Below are positions 45,807 through 56,653 of a stretch of DNA of 63,942 bases, one piece after another. The DNA is from Candidatus Woesearchaeota archaeon (GTDB taxonomy: Archaea > Nanobdellota > Nanobdellia > Woesearchaeales > B72-G16), in the NCBI GenBank assembly GCA_003650545.1, contig QMQO01000004.1, positions 1 through 63,942 on the forward strand, read 5' to 3'. The notes beneath the pieces are model-generated. The model made no database searches. It saw nothing but the letters and a program-made list of their open reading frames with translations, and was not told the origin of the DNA. Position 1 is the first letter of the stretch; every line of letters starts with the position of its first letter. The position numbers and the translations under genes were made by a program.

Positions 45807-46268
45807 ATGAGATGCCCCTATTGTTTCAACAAAACAACCCGTGTTATAGACAAAAGGGAAACCAGCAACCAGGATGTTACCAGGCGTAGGCGCGAATGTG
45901 TAAAATGCAAGAAACGATTCACAACATACGAACGTGTTGAAACAAGCAACATCTATGTAATCAAGAAAGATGGTTCTAAAGAGTTATTCAACAGACAGAA
46001 AGTACTTGCAGGAATATTAAAAGCCTGTGAAAAAAGGCAGATCTCTCCTGGCCGTATTAAAAAAATTGTTGACCAGATTGAAGCAAAGATTAAAAGTTAT
46101 AAAAAAAATGAAGTTCCAAGTAAAATTATTGGAGAACTTGTAATCAAGAAACTTAAATCGCTTGACAAAGTCGCCTATGTCAGATTCGCTTCGGTGTACA
46201 AATCTTTTGACGATATAGATTCTTTTGATCGTGAAATAAGAAAACTGAAAAAAGAAAAATCTAAATGA
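45807..46268 (+). CDS. nrdR: Transcriptional repressor NrdR (Zn-ribbon plus ATP-cone)
   Basis: MRCPYCFNKTTRVIDKRETSNQDVTRRRRECVKCKKRFTTYERVE, followed by an ATP-cone. I re-set the start to the ATG at 45807; the track start is GTG. Confidence 0.9.
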   Translation: MRCPYCFNKTTRVIDKRETSNQDVTRRRRECVKCKKRFTTYERVETSNIYVIKKDGSKELFNRQKVLAGILKACEKRQISPGRIKKIVDQIEAKIKSYKKNEVPSKIIGELVIKKLKSLDKVAYVRFASVYKSFDDIDSFDREIRKLKKEKSK

Positions 46269-48460
46269 ATAAAAAGGTGATAATGATGGCAAAAGTAAAC
46301 AAAATTAAAAAGAGGAATGGCACCCTAGTGGATTTTGATAAAGAAAAAATAGTAGAAGCAATTTTTAAAGCAGAAAAGGCGGCTGTTAAGGACAAAGCGA
46401 GAAGAGAGAAGTGCGAAAGATTAGCCAATATAGTCACTGCAAGGATCTACGAAAAGTTCAGCGCAAAGAACATCCCTTCTGTCGAAGATATCCAAGATAT
46501 TGTTGAAAAAGTTCTGATGGAAGAAGGCCATTCTGAAGCAGCTAAAGCTTATATTCTTTATAGACATGAAAGGAGCAAGCTTAGAAAAGCAAAAGCAATG
46601 ATGGGTGTAGAAGACGACATAAAGCTATCACTAAATGCGATAAAAGTCTTAGAGCGACGCTATCTTCTTAAAGATAATGAAGGGAAGGTTATAGAAACAC
46701 CAGGCCAGATGTTTAGGAGAGTTGCGAAGCACATTGCGTCTGCTGATAAAAAATATGGCGTTAACCCTGAAAAAGTCAAAGACACAGAAGAAAAATTCTA
46801 CGAACTAATGACTAAGTTGTATTTTCTCCCAAATAGTCCAACATTTACAGGTGCAGGAACAAAGGTTGGTCAACTTGCTGCATGCTTCGTGCTTCCTGTT
46901 GAGGATAGTATGGAAGGAATATTTGACGCGCTCAAATATACCGCGTTGATACATAAAAGTGGTGGGGGAACAGGCTTTTCATTCTCAAGATTAAGACCAA
47001 GAAATGACAGAGTTCTCTCCACAAAAGGTGTTGCATCTGGTCCGGTTTCATTTATGACTGTTTTTGATACAGCGACAGAAACAATCAAACAAGGGGGTAC
47101 AAGGAGGGGCGCAAATATGGGTATTCTGCGTGTAGACCACCCAGATATAATGGAGTTCATAGTTGCTAAAGAAAAAACAAACAAACTAAACAACTTCAAC
47201 ATCTCTGTTGCTATTACAGACGAATTTATGGAAGCCGTCCAAAAAAACAAAAATTATGAGCTTATAAACCCAAAAAATAACAAGGTTGTTGCTGAACTTA
47301 ACGCAAGACGCGTCTTTAACTTAATCGTTACAATGGCCTGGAAAAATGGTGAACCAGGAATTCTCTTCTTAGACAGGGTTAATGAGGACAACCCAACACC
47401 AGCCATAGGAAAAATTGAAAGCACTAATCCCTGCGGCGAGCAACCATTATTACCTTATGAATCTTGCAACCTTGGTAGTATAAACCTGTCACGGATGCTT
47501 AAGAAAAATAATGGAAAATATGAATTTGATTATGATTTGCTTAAAGAGACAGTTCATGCTGCAGTACACTTCATGGATAATGTTATTGATGTAAATAAAT
47601 ATCCGTTAAAGAAAATAGAGCAGATGGTTAAAGGTAATAGAAAGATAGGTTTGGGCGTAATGGGTTGGGCTGATGCTCTTTACCTCTTAGGCATTCCCTA
47701 TAACTCAGAAAAAGCACTGACACTTGCAGAGGAAGTGATAAAATTTATACACGATGAGGGAAGAAAAGCTTCCGTTGAATTAGCAAAAAAACGTGGTACA
47801 TTCCCCAACTTCAAGGATAGTATTTACGATAAAAAAAGTAAATATTTCAAAGGTGTTGATATGAAACTAAGAAACGCAACTATCACAACCATAGCACCCA
47901 CAGGAACATTGAGTATCATGGCAAATTGCTCTAGTGGCATTGAGCCAGTGTTTGCAATATCTTATATTAGAAACATCATGGATAATACAGAACTCCTGGA
48001 GGTCAATCCTGTTTTTAAGAATATAGCCAAAAAAGAAGGCTTCTATTCTGACGAATTAATGAAAAAGATTGCAAAGAAAGGTTCTATACAGCATATCGAA
48101 GGTATCCCTGAAAAAATAAAGAAAATTTGCGTAATAGCACATGACATCTCCCCAGAATGGCATGTTAAAATGCAAGCAGCCTTCCAAAAATATACGGATA
48201 ACGCAGTTTCTAAAACAGTAAATTTCCCGAGTTATGCTACAACACAAGATGTTGAAAAGGCATTCATGCTAGCTTACAAATTAGGCTGCAAAGGAATAAC
48301 TGTATATAGGTATGGAAGTAGGGAGAGACAGATCCTTAACATCGAACAAGTCAACAGATCTGAGGCTGGAAAAAAAGAAGTAAAAAAGGAAAAAGTGCCA
48401 AAAGGATCAATTAAAGTTTCTTCAGAATACGTAGGTGGTTGCCCAAAATGCAATCTTTAA
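46265..48460 (+). CDS. nrdJ: Class II (adenosylcobalamin-dependent) ribonucleotide reductase with an N-terminal ATP-cone
   Basis: ATP-cone ([20 protein letters not shown]...), [44 protein letters not shown] and [27 protein letters not shown] overlap with nrdR. Confidence 0.85.
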   Translation: MNKKVIMMAKVNKIKKRNGTLVDFDKEKIVEAIFKAEKAAVKDKARREKCERLANIVTARIYEKFSAKNIPSVEDIQDIVEKVLMEEGHSEAAKAYILYRHERSKLRKAKAMMGVEDDIKLSLNAIKVLERRYLLKDNEGKVIETPGQMFRRVAKHIASADKKYGVNPEKVKDTEEKFYELMTKLYFLPNSPTFTGAGTKVGQLAACFVLPVEDSMEGIFDALKYTALIHKSGGGTGFSFSRLRPRNDRVLSTKGVASGPVSFMTVFDTATETIKQGGTRRGANMGILRVDHPDIMEFIVAKEKTNKLNNFNISVAITDEFMEAVQKNKNYELINPKNNKVVAELNARRVFNLIVTMAWKNGEPGILFLDRVNEDNPTPAIGKIESTNPCGEQPLLPYESCNLGSINLSRMLKKNNGKYEFDYDLLKETVHAAVHFMDNVIDVNKYPLKKIEQMVKGNRKIGLGVMGWADALYLLGIPYNSEKALTLAEEVIKFIHDEGRKASVELAKKRGTFPNFKDSIYDKKSKYFKGVDMKLRNATITTIAPTGTLSIMANCSSGIEPVFAISYIRNIMDNTELLEVNPVFKNIAKKEGFYSDELMKKIAKKGSIQHIEGIPEKIKKICVIAHDISPEWHVKMQAAFQKYTDNAVSKTVNFPSYATTQDVEKAFMLAYKLGCKGITVYRYGSRERQILNIEQVNRSEAGKKEVKKEKVPKGSIKVSSEYVGGCPKCNL

Positions 48461-49095
48461 ACACAAAAATTGAAACCCCTATTAAGACAAAGCGCGGCCT
48501 TATCCATGTCTACACTGGATCTGGCAAGGGAAAGACAACAGCCGCAATTGGTCTTGCTCTGCGTGCATTAGGCCAGGGCCTCCGAGTTTACATGATACAA
48601 TTCCTTAAAGGAGGCGCTTACACAGGTGAACTAATTGCAGCAGATAACTTTTTAGATAATTTTAACATTGTTCAGTTCGGCAAGGGCTGCCCTAAATCTG
48701 ACACTCAGCTCTCCTTAACAAGTTTTAATTGCCCTAAAGGTCATACTGTCCGTGACGAAATAAGTTGTGGTGATTGTAGACTCTGCTTCCAAATAGACGA
48801 TGATGAAAGAGTTCATGCAAGACTTGCCTTAGAAAACGCAAGGCACATACTACAAAAAGAGAACTATGACATGCTGATTCTAGATGAGGTAAACTGTGCT
48901 ATCAAAACAGATTTAATAAAAGTGAAGGACATTCTAGAATTACTTGAACTAAAACCAGAAAATGTTGAAATTGTTCTCACTGGCAGAGACGCTCCGGATG
49001 AGTTAATAGACGTTGCAGATTACGTCACAGAGATGAGAGAAGTCAAGCATCCTTTTGCGAATGGCATAGAGAGCAGACGGGGTATTGAATATTGA
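48448..49095 (+). CDS. CobA/CobO/BtuR-family adenosyltransferase-like protein (paralog 2) with a Cys-rich insertion
   Basis: LIHVYTGSGKGKTTAAIGLALRALGQGLRVYMIQFLKG, LILDEVNCA, IVLTGRDAP and VKHPFANGIESRRGIEY. The insertion is GCPKSD...NCPKGH...SCGDCRLC. It overlaps the nrdJ 3' end by 13 nt. Confidence 0.75.
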   Translation: MQSLNTKIETPIKTKRGLIHVYTGSGKGKTTAAIGLALRALGQGLRVYMIQFLKGGAYTGELIAADNFLDNFNIVQFGKGCPKSDTQLSLTSFNCPKGHTVRDEISCGDCRLCFQIDDDERVHARLALENARHILQKENYDMLILDEVNCAIKTDLIKVKDILELLELKPENVEIVLTGRDAPDELIDVADYVTEMREVKHPFANGIESRRGIEY

Positions 49096-49221
49096 CAATT
49101 AAATTCTACAATCAGCTAAAAATAATTAAAACAATTTTAGAAGAACACACAATGATTAAAAAAATATGAAGAATTTATCATGATGTATAGAAAAAAAGTT
49201 AAAAATAACATTAAACAAAAT

Positions 49222-49944
49222 TCAAGCCAGTCTAAAATAAATCCTCCTATTATCCTTTCCTTTGTTTTCTGCTGACAAAAATTCTAATTTGCCAACTTCT
49301 CCTGTTCTACAGACATGTGTTCCTCCATCGGCTTGGATGTCAAAACCTTCAATCTCTACAATTCTAACCTTTGAAATGGAAGATGACAAACCTTTAGCCA
49401 ACTTAGAAACACCAGGAATCCTGTCTGCTTCTTCTCTACTCAGATAATAAACTTTAATTGGTAAGTCTTGCTTAACAATCTTATTTGCTTCTTCTATAAA
49501 ACCTTTCAGTTTTTCTTTATCAAACTTCTCTGTATTAAAATCAATCCTTATTTTATCAAGACCAAGCTGGTTTCCGGTAATCAAAGCATTAGTATTTCTA
49601 TGAATAATCTCACTATATATATGCGCAGCGGTATGAGCCCTCATCAATTTATAACGACGCTTCCAATCAAGAACACCAAAAACTTCATCTCCCTCTTTAA
49701 GTTTGGCACCCTCTAGGTTTTCTATTTCGTGGCTAATCTCATCTCCAGATTTGTTAACATATACCACTTTAAACTCTCTACAATCAAATTTACGTACAAG
49801 TATACCTTCATCATGAAGCTGACCACCACCGGTAGGATAGAAACATGTTTGATCTAGCACAACAAATTTTCCATTCTCAACATTAACAACCTTAGCGTCA
49901 AATTCTTTTAGATAACAATCGTCTAAGTATAATGCTCTAGTCAT
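49222..49944 (-). CDS. alaX: Alanyl-tRNA editing protein AlaX (AlaX-M type)
   Basis: MRAHTAAHIYSEIIH (HxxxH) and ADGGTHVCRTGEVG (GGTH) editing-domain motifs, about 240 aa. I used the ATG at 49944. Confidence 0.8.
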   Translation of the reverse strand: MTRALYLDDCYLKEFDAKVVNVENGKFVVLDQTCFYPTGGGQLHDEGILVRKFDCREFKVVYVNKSGDEISHEIENLEGAKLKEGDEVFGVLDWKRRYKLMRAHTAAHIYSEIIHRNTNALITGNQLGLDKIRIDFNTEKFDKEKLKGFIEEANKIVKQDLPIKVYYLSREEADRIPGVSKLAKGLSSSISKVRIVEIEGFDIQADGGTHVCRTGEVGKLEFLSAENKGKDNRRIYFRLA

Positions 49945-50692
49945 ATACACAACCTTTGATTTTTTTCCACAGTACAGGAATCAGTTTATCAGCTATTGTT
50001 TTTAGATTAATAACATCTTCCTCATTATAAAGCTTTAGTAAATCCAAATACTTTCTATTTCTTGTTGTTCTCCATTGCCACCATAAATACACAGCATCCT
50101 CTCCTCTCATTCCCTCTACATCGTCAGATCTTTTTATTTGTAAAGCCTTTTCGATATATTTTAGGCCACCTCTTAAACCAAGCTTCTGGCAAACAATTTT
50201 CAGATCAACATGTGGTTGCCTAAGATAAATATTAAAGTACTTTCTTATAACTGGAAAATCAAAACTAGCACCATTATATGTTATTATTAGTTTATACTTC
50301 TTCAATTCTTGTAATAATAAATCTTTATTGAGATTATAGCCACGCACTAACGTTTTTGTATCGTAACCATTGTACAGACCGACCATCGTAATATCGCCAT
50401 AATAGCCAGTTGTTTCCACATCAAGGAAGCATGCTTGATCCTTGAAATAATTATAAAGTCTGTATTGTTCACTAAAAGGCAAAATATTTGTAAAGTAACA
50501 TGAATTATCATTATACAAATTTTTTTTTGCTTTCAAGATCTTACTGTCGTAGAACCTTTTTCTCATCAACGACATACCATCAATCTTCGTTTTAGCCAGA
50601 AAGTCATTCCAGCTATGTATTCCCTGGAGCCAGATATTTCTTTCTGTTTTGTAACCAACCTTATCCAGAAATATAAAACTCCCCCTAATCAT
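49937..50692 (-). CDS. RNase H-fold predicted 3'-5' exonuclease (YprB / RNase_H_2-like)
   Basis: FLDVETTGYYGDITMVG (DxE), ITYNGASFDFPVIRKYF and YNEEDVINLK (terminal acidic motif). It overlaps the alaX start by 8 nt. Confidence 0.65.
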   Translation of the reverse strand: MIRGSFIFLDKVGYKTERNIWLQGIHSWNDFLAKTKIDGMSLMRKRFYDSKILKAKKNLYNDNSCYFTNILPFSEQYRLYNYFKDQACFLDVETTGYYGDITMVGLYNGYDTKTLVRGYNLNKDLLLQELKKYKLIITYNGASFDFPVIRKYFNIYLRQPHVDLKIVCQKLGLRGGLKYIEKALQIKRSDDVEGMRGEDAVYLWWQWRTTRNRKYLDLLKLYNEEDVINLKTIADKLIPVLWKKIKGCVYD

Positions 50693-50931
50693 AACAAAAA
50701 TAATTTTTCTTGTTGTATATATAATTAACTGATATAATTAACTGCAATTAAAACTAACAACTCTTATTGAGAAACTCATCAATCTCACTTCTAACTAAAG
50801 CCAAAAATATAGGAAAAAGCGGATGTGCTTTTAAAAGAGATAGAATAAGAGAAATTTGATAATATTGCTAATATCATTAAGATTATCGTTAAGATTAATA
50901 TGATATTATCACTATAGCTCATTCAAATATC

Positions 50932-51612
50932 TCAACTGGACTTCCAATATTTTTTAGGAACCCCAACCTTCTTGCAGTATTTATAGACCTTACAATTAAA
51001 ACAATCTGGATTAACTGGTTTACATACATTCTGTCCCCATACAACCAACAATTTATTAACAACTATCCAATATTTCACTGGTAGAAGCTTCATCAGTGCA
51101 AATTCTGTCTCTTCTGGTGTCTTAGTCTTAACCCAACCAAATCTATTAACCAGTCTATTAACATGTACGTCTACAGCTATAGCTGGTATACCATAACCAT
51201 AGCTTGCTACTATGTTAGCTGTCTTCCTACCAACACCTTTAAACTTCAATAAATCGTCCACTCTATACGGCACAACGCCGCCATACTCTTCTATCAATTT
51301 TTTACTTATCTCCTTTATCCTTCTAGCTTTTGTTTTATAAAAACCAACAGGGTATATGGCGTTTCTAATCTTTGATAATGGAATTTTCAACATCCTCTTT
51401 GGTGTTTTAGCAAGCTTAAACAAACGCTTAGCAGCTGCAGTTGTCACTTCATCCTTTGTCCTTAAACTTATAATACAAGAAATAAGAACTAGGTAAGGCT
51501 CTTTGTACCAACCTGCAGAAGAAGGCGATCTATATTTAGGATACTCTTTTCTTAAAATTCTTATAATATTTGCAACATTCATTCTTAATAGAGCACTTCT
51601 TTTTTTTCTCAT
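50932..51612 (-). CDS. nth: Endonuclease III (HhH-GPD DNA glycosylase/AP lyase with [4Fe-4S])
   Basis: LISCIISLRTKD, HhH LLKFKGVGRKTANIV, VDVHVNR and Fe-S loop CKPVNPDCFNCKVYKYC. Confidence 0.85.
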   Translation of the reverse strand: MRKKRSALLRMNVANIIRILRKEYPKYRSPSSAGWYKEPYLVLISCIISLRTKDEVTTAAAKRLFKLAKTPKRMLKIPLSKIRNAIYPVGFYKTKARRIKEISKKLIEEYGGVVPYRVDDLLKFKGVGRKTANIVASYGYGIPAIAVDVHVNRLVNRFGWVKTKTPEETEFALMKLLPVKYWIVVNKLLVVWGQNVCKPVNPDCFNCKVYKYCKKVGVPKKYWKSS

Positions 51613-51628
51613 TTTAGTTATTAATCTG

Positions 51629-52231
51629 TTAAATCACAACCCCTTGTTTTTTCAATGTTTTCTTCATCTGCTCTGCATTTCTATAATGTACTCCTTTCAT
51701 ACCTATTTTTCTTGCAACAGTTAGATTTTCTAATTTATCATCTATTAAAACGCACTCTTTTGCTTTAACCTTCATTCTTTTCAATACAGAATAATAGTAT
51801 TTACAATCTGGTTTAGCAGACCTCGCCATATAAGAAATATAGAAATCATCAAAATTTTTACTTAGTTTATATTTTTTCTCAATAAATTCTATCCACTCCT
51901 TTGAATGATTGCTAAGAACACCAACCTTATAGTTCTTTCTCAAATCACAGATAATCTTTAAAACAGATTTTCTAACTATAACAATATCACGATAGATTCT
52001 TTTAAGGTTTGGTATATAACCCTTACTTAGATTCAAGTCACTTAGTATGCCTTGTAAAAACTGCATTTCGTTTATCTCGCCTTTTTTCCAAGAATCCCAA
52101 TATTTTTTTACAACAGGCTTTATTACAAACACAGGTAAACCTAATATCTTGCTCATCTCTTTTCTTATGACATCAAAATTTGGAGGCCATAACACCACAC
52201 CACCAAGGTCAAATAAAATCGCTTTAATCAT
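51629..52231 (-). CDS. HAD-superfamily hydrolase
   Basis: Motif I AILFDLGGVV, motif II VLSNHS and motif IV CVLIDDKLEN. Confidence 0.75.
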   Translation of the reverse strand: MIKAILFDLGGVVLWPPNFDVIRKEMSKILGLPVFVIKPVVKKYWDSWKKGEINEMQFLQGILSDLNLSKGYIPNLKRIYRDIVIVRKSVLKIICDLRKNYKVGVLSNHSKEWIEFIEKKYKLSKNFDDFYISYMARSAKPDCKYYYSVLKRMKVKAKECVLIDDKLENLTVARKIGMKGVHYRNAEQMKKTLKKQGVVI

Positions 52232-52266
52232 TCTTAATCAAAATTGTTGTTATTTTATAAATTTAT

Positions 52267-53457
52267 TCATTCATATCTTAATGCGTCCACTGGTCGTAAT
52301 TTGGCTGCCCTATAAGCTGGCAATATCCCAAATAATACGCCCAAACCTAAAGCTATTGATAGAACAACAAGTACTATGATTGGGTCTATATGAACTTTCA
52401 ATAAACCAACATCAAAATATGTTGCAACATACTGTACAATCAAAGCTAAAACACTACCAATAAATATTCCAATAACACCGCCTGTAAGGCCTATAAAACC
52501 GGACTCTATCAAAAATATCAACATAATATCAGAGTTTTTAGCTCCTATCGCTTTCATTATACCTATCTCTCGTGTTCTTTGTAGAACACTGGTAAACATA
52601 GAATTCATTATACCAATCGCACCAACAAGTAAAGCTATCACTGAAATCCCAATAACGATATATCTAACTATGCCGAGAATAGTATTGATCTGTCTAAGTA
52701 TTTCATCCGGTGTTATAACCATGAAGTCATTATCTCCTCTTTTTTTCTCTAAAATGTGTTCTATTTTTTCTTTAATAACCGGAACATCTTCAATATTCCT
52801 TACAGCCCCTACAATAACATTGACATCATCATTTGTTTTAAAAATCTCTCTTGCAGTCCTAAAAGGAATGATAATTTGTCTATCTTGAAATCTACTGCCT
52901 GTTTTTTCTAGTATCCCGACTACTTTAAATTTTACATCTTCAATAAATATAGAGTTACCAACTTTAATCTCTTTGTTGTCAAATAAATCTGTTGCAACTT
53001 TATTACCAATGACAGCAGAAAATTTTCCAGTTTCTTCTAAGCTTTTACCATCTACAATTTCTATATTAAGATCACGCATTCTTCTTTCCATTATATCTTC
53101 AGGAATCCCTAGAACAGTTGAATAAGTCTCTATCCTTTTAAAAGAAATTTTACCAAACTGGAATAACACCCCCCGAATGTAGTCAAACTCTTTTATAGAT
53201 TGTAAAGCATCCTCATCATCTAATGTTAAACCTCTAGCTTCTATAGGTAGGCCCATCAAACCTTTAGGTACAACCATTATTTGTCTTGAACCAAAATTCT
53301 GAAATTGTGCAATTATCGCGTTCTCGAGCCCTTGCCCTAAAAAATACAAAGAAGTTATAGCAGTGATCCCTATAACAATACCTATGACTGTGAGCCAACT
53401 TCTTAACTTTCTGCTTTGAATGTTTCTCCAAACAACGTGGAAATAACCTTGTTTCAT
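52267..53457 (-). CDS. ABC transporter permease, FtsX/MacB type (subunit 2)
   Basis: N-terminal TM (RSWLTVIGIVIGITAI), large periplasmic-like loop and C-terminal FtsX domain (REIGIMKAIGAKNSDIMLIFLIES). Confidence 0.8.
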   Translation of the reverse strand: MKQGYFHVVWRNIQSRKLRSWLTVIGIVIGITAITSLYFLGQGLENAIIAQFQNFGSRQIMVVPKGLMGLPIEARGLTLDDEDALQSIKEFDYIRGVLFQFGKISFKRIETYSTVLGIPEDIMERRMRDLNIEIVDGKSLEETGKFSAVIGNKVATDLFDNKEIKVGNSIFIEDVKFKVVGILEKTGSRFQDRQIIIPFRTAREIFKTNDDVNVIVGAVRNIEDVPVIKEKIEHILEKKRGDNDFMVITPDEILRQINTILGIVRYIVIGISVIALLVGAIGIMNSMFTSVLQRTREIGIMKAIGAKNSDIMLIFLIESGFIGLTGGVIGIFIGSVLALIVQYVATYFDVGLLKVHIDPIIVLVVLSIALGLGVLFGILPAYRAAKLRPVDALRYE

Positions 53458-54650
53458 TATTGTACCCTCAATGCTTTAACCGGGATTAACTTAGATGCGT
53501 TCATTGCTGGTAACAGGCCAGATAATATGCCAACTGTAACAGCAAACAGTATACCAAAAGCAGCTAACCAAGGCCCTACAGAGATATGAACAAGTGAGTA
53601 GCCTGCATTAACAGTAAAGATCTCTATCACTTCAGCAAGAACGATTCCTAATATCACACCAAACACCCCTCCTATAAAACCAACAATCCCAGCCTCAAAC
53701 AAAAAAACCGTTAGAACATCAACATTTCTAGCGCCAACAGACTTCATTATCCCTATTTCTTTTGTCCTCTCTAAAACATTTGTGAACATAGAATTCATTA
53801 TACCAACTGCCCCAACTAGTATAGAGATACTAGCAACACCCGTTAGTACAATTTTTAATATTATAAGAATTGAGCCGAATGTCTTTAAGAGTTGATCTGG
53901 CGTCAAGACCTCAAAATTTTCATCGCGTCTAATTCGCTTCAATTTTCGTTCAACATTGGTTGCAATTGTATCAACATCGATTCCTTCTTGAACACGAACT
54001 TCTATATAAGATACCTCATCACGGTTATCAAACAACTCATCAGATAATTCGCTAGGTATTAGGATCATACTATCGTCTTGTGCACTCCCAATCGGTTCGT
54101 AAATTCCAATCACAGGTATTCTTTTGCCTTTTATTAATAATTCATTTCCTACTTTAACTTCTTTTTTAAAGAAATTTTTAGCAAACAAAGGTCCAACGAT
54201 AACTGCATTTTTTTCATCATCGTGAAATATGCGTCCTTCAGCGATCTTAAATGAAAAATCTTCGTATTTTCTAGTAATATCCTCTGTAGAAAGTCCGATT
54301 ATGTAATTTTGAAATTTTTTTTCCCTGCCAAATTCAACATTGGCTGAGTTTTGTGTATACGACAAAACCCATTTTACTCCACCAATATTTTCAATTGTTC
54401 TAGCATCATCTTCTGTTAGGGTGTTAATACTAGCAACTGCACCAACCACACCAGCCCCACTCATTACATAGATTCTATTTGCTCCAAATGTCTCGAAAGA
54501 TCGTCTAACTGAAGTTTCTAATCCATCACTTGCTGCTAGCAAAGCAATAACAGCTCCAACACCTATAACTATGCCTAAAACAGTTAACCAACTTCTCAAC
54601 TTTCGATGTATAAGATTCCTAAGAGCAATTGAAAAGTAATCAAATATCAT
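53457..54650 (-). CDS. ABC transporter permease, FtsX/MacB type (subunit 1)
   Basis: Same architecture as the neighbour (KEIGIMKSVGARNVDVLTVFLFEA). TAATG overlap with the next gene. Confidence 0.8.
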   Translation of the reverse strand: MIFDYFSIALRNLIHRKLRSWLTVLGIVIGVGAVIALLAASDGLETSVRRSFETFGANRIYVMSGAGVVGAVASINTLTEDDARTIENIGGVKWVLSYTQNSANVEFGREKKFQNYIIGLSTEDITRKYEDFSFKIAEGRIFHDDEKNAVIVGPLFAKNFFKKEVKVGNELLIKGKRIPVIGIYEPIGSAQDDSMILIPSELSDELFDNRDEVSYIEVRVQEGIDVDTIATNVERKLKRIRRDENFEVLTPDQLLKTFGSILIILKIVLTGVASISILVGAVGIMNSMFTNVLERTKEIGIMKSVGARNVDVLTVFLFEAGIVGFIGGVFGVILGIVLAEVIEIFTVNAGYSLVHISVGPWLAAFGILFAVTVGILSGLLPAMNASKLIPVKALRVQ

Positions 54651-55930
54651 GTTTTATTTTTCTTTTTAAACCACTTTCTGTATACAAGACAGCCCATAAT
54701 CACAAGAATCACTACTAAGATAAAAATGCAAGTGGTGTGAGGTTTTTTTGCTAATCCGAACTTATAAGCATCTTCTCTCGTCAGTAAAGTTAGCATAACC
54801 GTTTCTGTACTCTCAAATTTATTGTTAAAACTACTCTTATAACGGATTTTGACTTTCATTGGAACCTTCTTAGACTGCTTTACTGGCTTTTGAACGTGTA
54901 TTGTGAACTCTTGTGTTTCATAATCATCGGGATCCAGATTAGTTGGTGTCATCAACGGATTACCTAATACAACATAATCCTCTGTATCCAACAGCTCCAT
55001 AGAAAAGGCCTTTATCTGACTAGAACCTGTATTTGTAACACTTAACAACACCTTATCTGTCGGCAGTTTAGAATAAGGCTTATCTTTTCTATAAAGCGAG
55101 CTTTCGTCCAGGTTAATCAAGAAGTCAGGTATATTATCTACTATAACTCCTGCAACAAGCTTTTTTGTGTAGCTCTTTCCAGAATCATCTGAATAAGTTA
55201 TTGTTATGGGTAAATTATATACGCCCGAGTCTGTATCACCTGCTATCAAAATCTTAAAGTTTGCTTCTATGGTCTTCTTGCTCAGCAGTAATGGAAAAAC
55301 TTTTTCATTAGTTGAAGAAATAACATTAAATGGCAACTCATTTAAATCAAGTTTAACAGATACATCTCTCAAAGCAGAGTTCTTATTATTTGTTAATACT
55401 ATCTTAAGCTCAGCTATTTCGCCAGCTTTAACTGTTTCAGGCAATGTCTGAACCTTATCAACTGACAGAATAATATCGCTTAGCTGCACATCCACATCAA
55501 ACTCTGCAGTTCTCCATTGATTTGGGAAATGTTGATCTGGAGTATATCTAAACGTTACTGTATTTATTCCAGGTGGAGCTGCAGGATCTATATATAACCT
55601 AAACTTAACAATAGCATCATTTACCCCGGAGTAAAATCCAATGCTCTGTATCTTCTTGCTTGGGTCTACAATCGAAAATGGAAACTTCTCTTCGAACCAA
55701 ACAGCTGCGTCTTTTGCAACACTACCAATCAGTGTGTCAAACTTAAGATAGACATCTAGATAGTTTCCAGGTCTAGCAGGTATGGGTTCATATTTTAACA
55801 ATGTAACACTAACAACATCACTGCCGCGTGCTGCAACCGTTTCGCCTGTTGTTATTATTATAGCATGCACGCTTACAATATAAAATAAAAGAATCACAGA
55901 CACCATTATAAGCTTCATATTTGATTTCAT
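54647..55930 (-). CDS. Secreted beta-sandwich repeat protein (COG1361 / CARDB-like 'S-layer domain') with a C-terminal TM anchor
   Basis: Signal peptide (LIMVSVILLFYIVSVHA). Repeated Ig-like segments (VTLLKYEPIPARPGNYLDVYLKF..., VQTLPETVKAGEIAELKIVLTNN...). C-terminal TM plus a KKKNK tail. 4-nt overlap with the permease gene. Confidence 0.65.
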   Translation of the reverse strand: MKSNMKLIMVSVILLFYIVSVHAIIITTGETVAARGSDVVSVTLLKYEPIPARPGNYLDVYLKFDTLIGSVAKDAAVWFEEKFPFSIVDPSKKIQSIGFYSGVNDAIVKFRLYIDPAAPPGINTVTFRYTPDQHFPNQWRTAEFDVDVQLSDIILSVDKVQTLPETVKAGEIAELKIVLTNNKNSALRDVSVKLDLNELPFNVISSTNEKVFPLLLSKKTIEANFKILIAGDTDSGVYNLPITITYSDDSGKSYTKKLVAGVIVDNIPDFLINLDESSLYRKDKPYSKLPTDKVLLSVTNTGSSQIKAFSMELLDTEDYVVLGNPLMTPTNLDPDDYETQEFTIHVQKPVKQSKKVPMKVKIRYKSSFNNKFESTETVMLTLLTREDAYKFGLAKKPHTTCIFILVVILVIMGCLVYRKWFKKKNKT

Positions 55931-55954
55931 AACATTCTCCTCATTTCAGGTTTG

Positions 55955-56653
55955 CTACCTCTTTTTTTCAATTATAACACCGTCTTTTAAATACTCGATT
56001 CTTTGAGCAACATTCGCCAAGTATTGATCATGAGTAACCAAAACAATAGTTTTCTTTTTCTCCCTGTGTAACCTACACAAAAATTCCATTACAATTTTAC
56101 CTGTTTTACTATCCAGGTTACCAGTTGGTTCATCTGCCAAGATAACATCTGGATCGTTTGCAAGCGCTCTAGCTATAGCAACTCTTTGTTGTTCTCCACC
56201 ACTTAATTCTGTTGGTTTATGAAACATTCTATCTTTCAAGTCTACCATTTCCAAAAGTAGTTGTGCTCTTTTCTTTCTGTCTGCCAAACATTTGTTCTGG
56301 AAAATCATAGGCAGCATCACATTTTCCATTGCATTCAGTGTATTGATCAAATTAAATTGTTGAAAAACAAAACCTATCTTCCTTCCGCGTATTTGTGCAA
56401 GCTCAGATTCACTTAAATAAGAAATGTCATGGCTCTCTAAAAAAATTTTTCCATGAGTTGGTAAATCTAAGCTACCTATCATATTAACAGCAGTACTTTT
56501 TCCTGAACCAGAAGGACCCATTATAGCAACAAACTCTCCTTTTCTAACAAAAAAGTTAAGGCCTCGTAATGCTTCTACTCGTACTTTTCCCATCTGATAA
56601 ATCTTCCATACATTTTTAAGTCGAATTATCTTTTTTCTATAGTCACTAGTCAT
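55955..56653 (-). CDS. ABC transporter ATP-binding protein (MacB/LolD-like, COG1136)
   Basis: Walker [11 protein letters not shown]-loop, signature [15 protein letters not shown], Walker [12 protein letters not shown] and H-loop VTHD. Confidence 0.9.
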   Translation of the reverse strand: MTSDYRKKIIRLKNVWKIYQMGKVRVEALRGLNFFVRKGEFVAIMGPSGSGKSTAVNMIGSLDLPTHGKIFLESHDISYLSESELAQIRGRKIGFVFQQFNLINTLNAMENVMLPMIFQNKCLADRKKRAQLLLEMVDLKDRMFHKPTELSGGEQQRVAIARALANDPDVILADEPTGNLDSKTGKIVMEFLCRLHREKKKTIVLVTHDQYLANVAQRIEYLKDGVIIEKKR

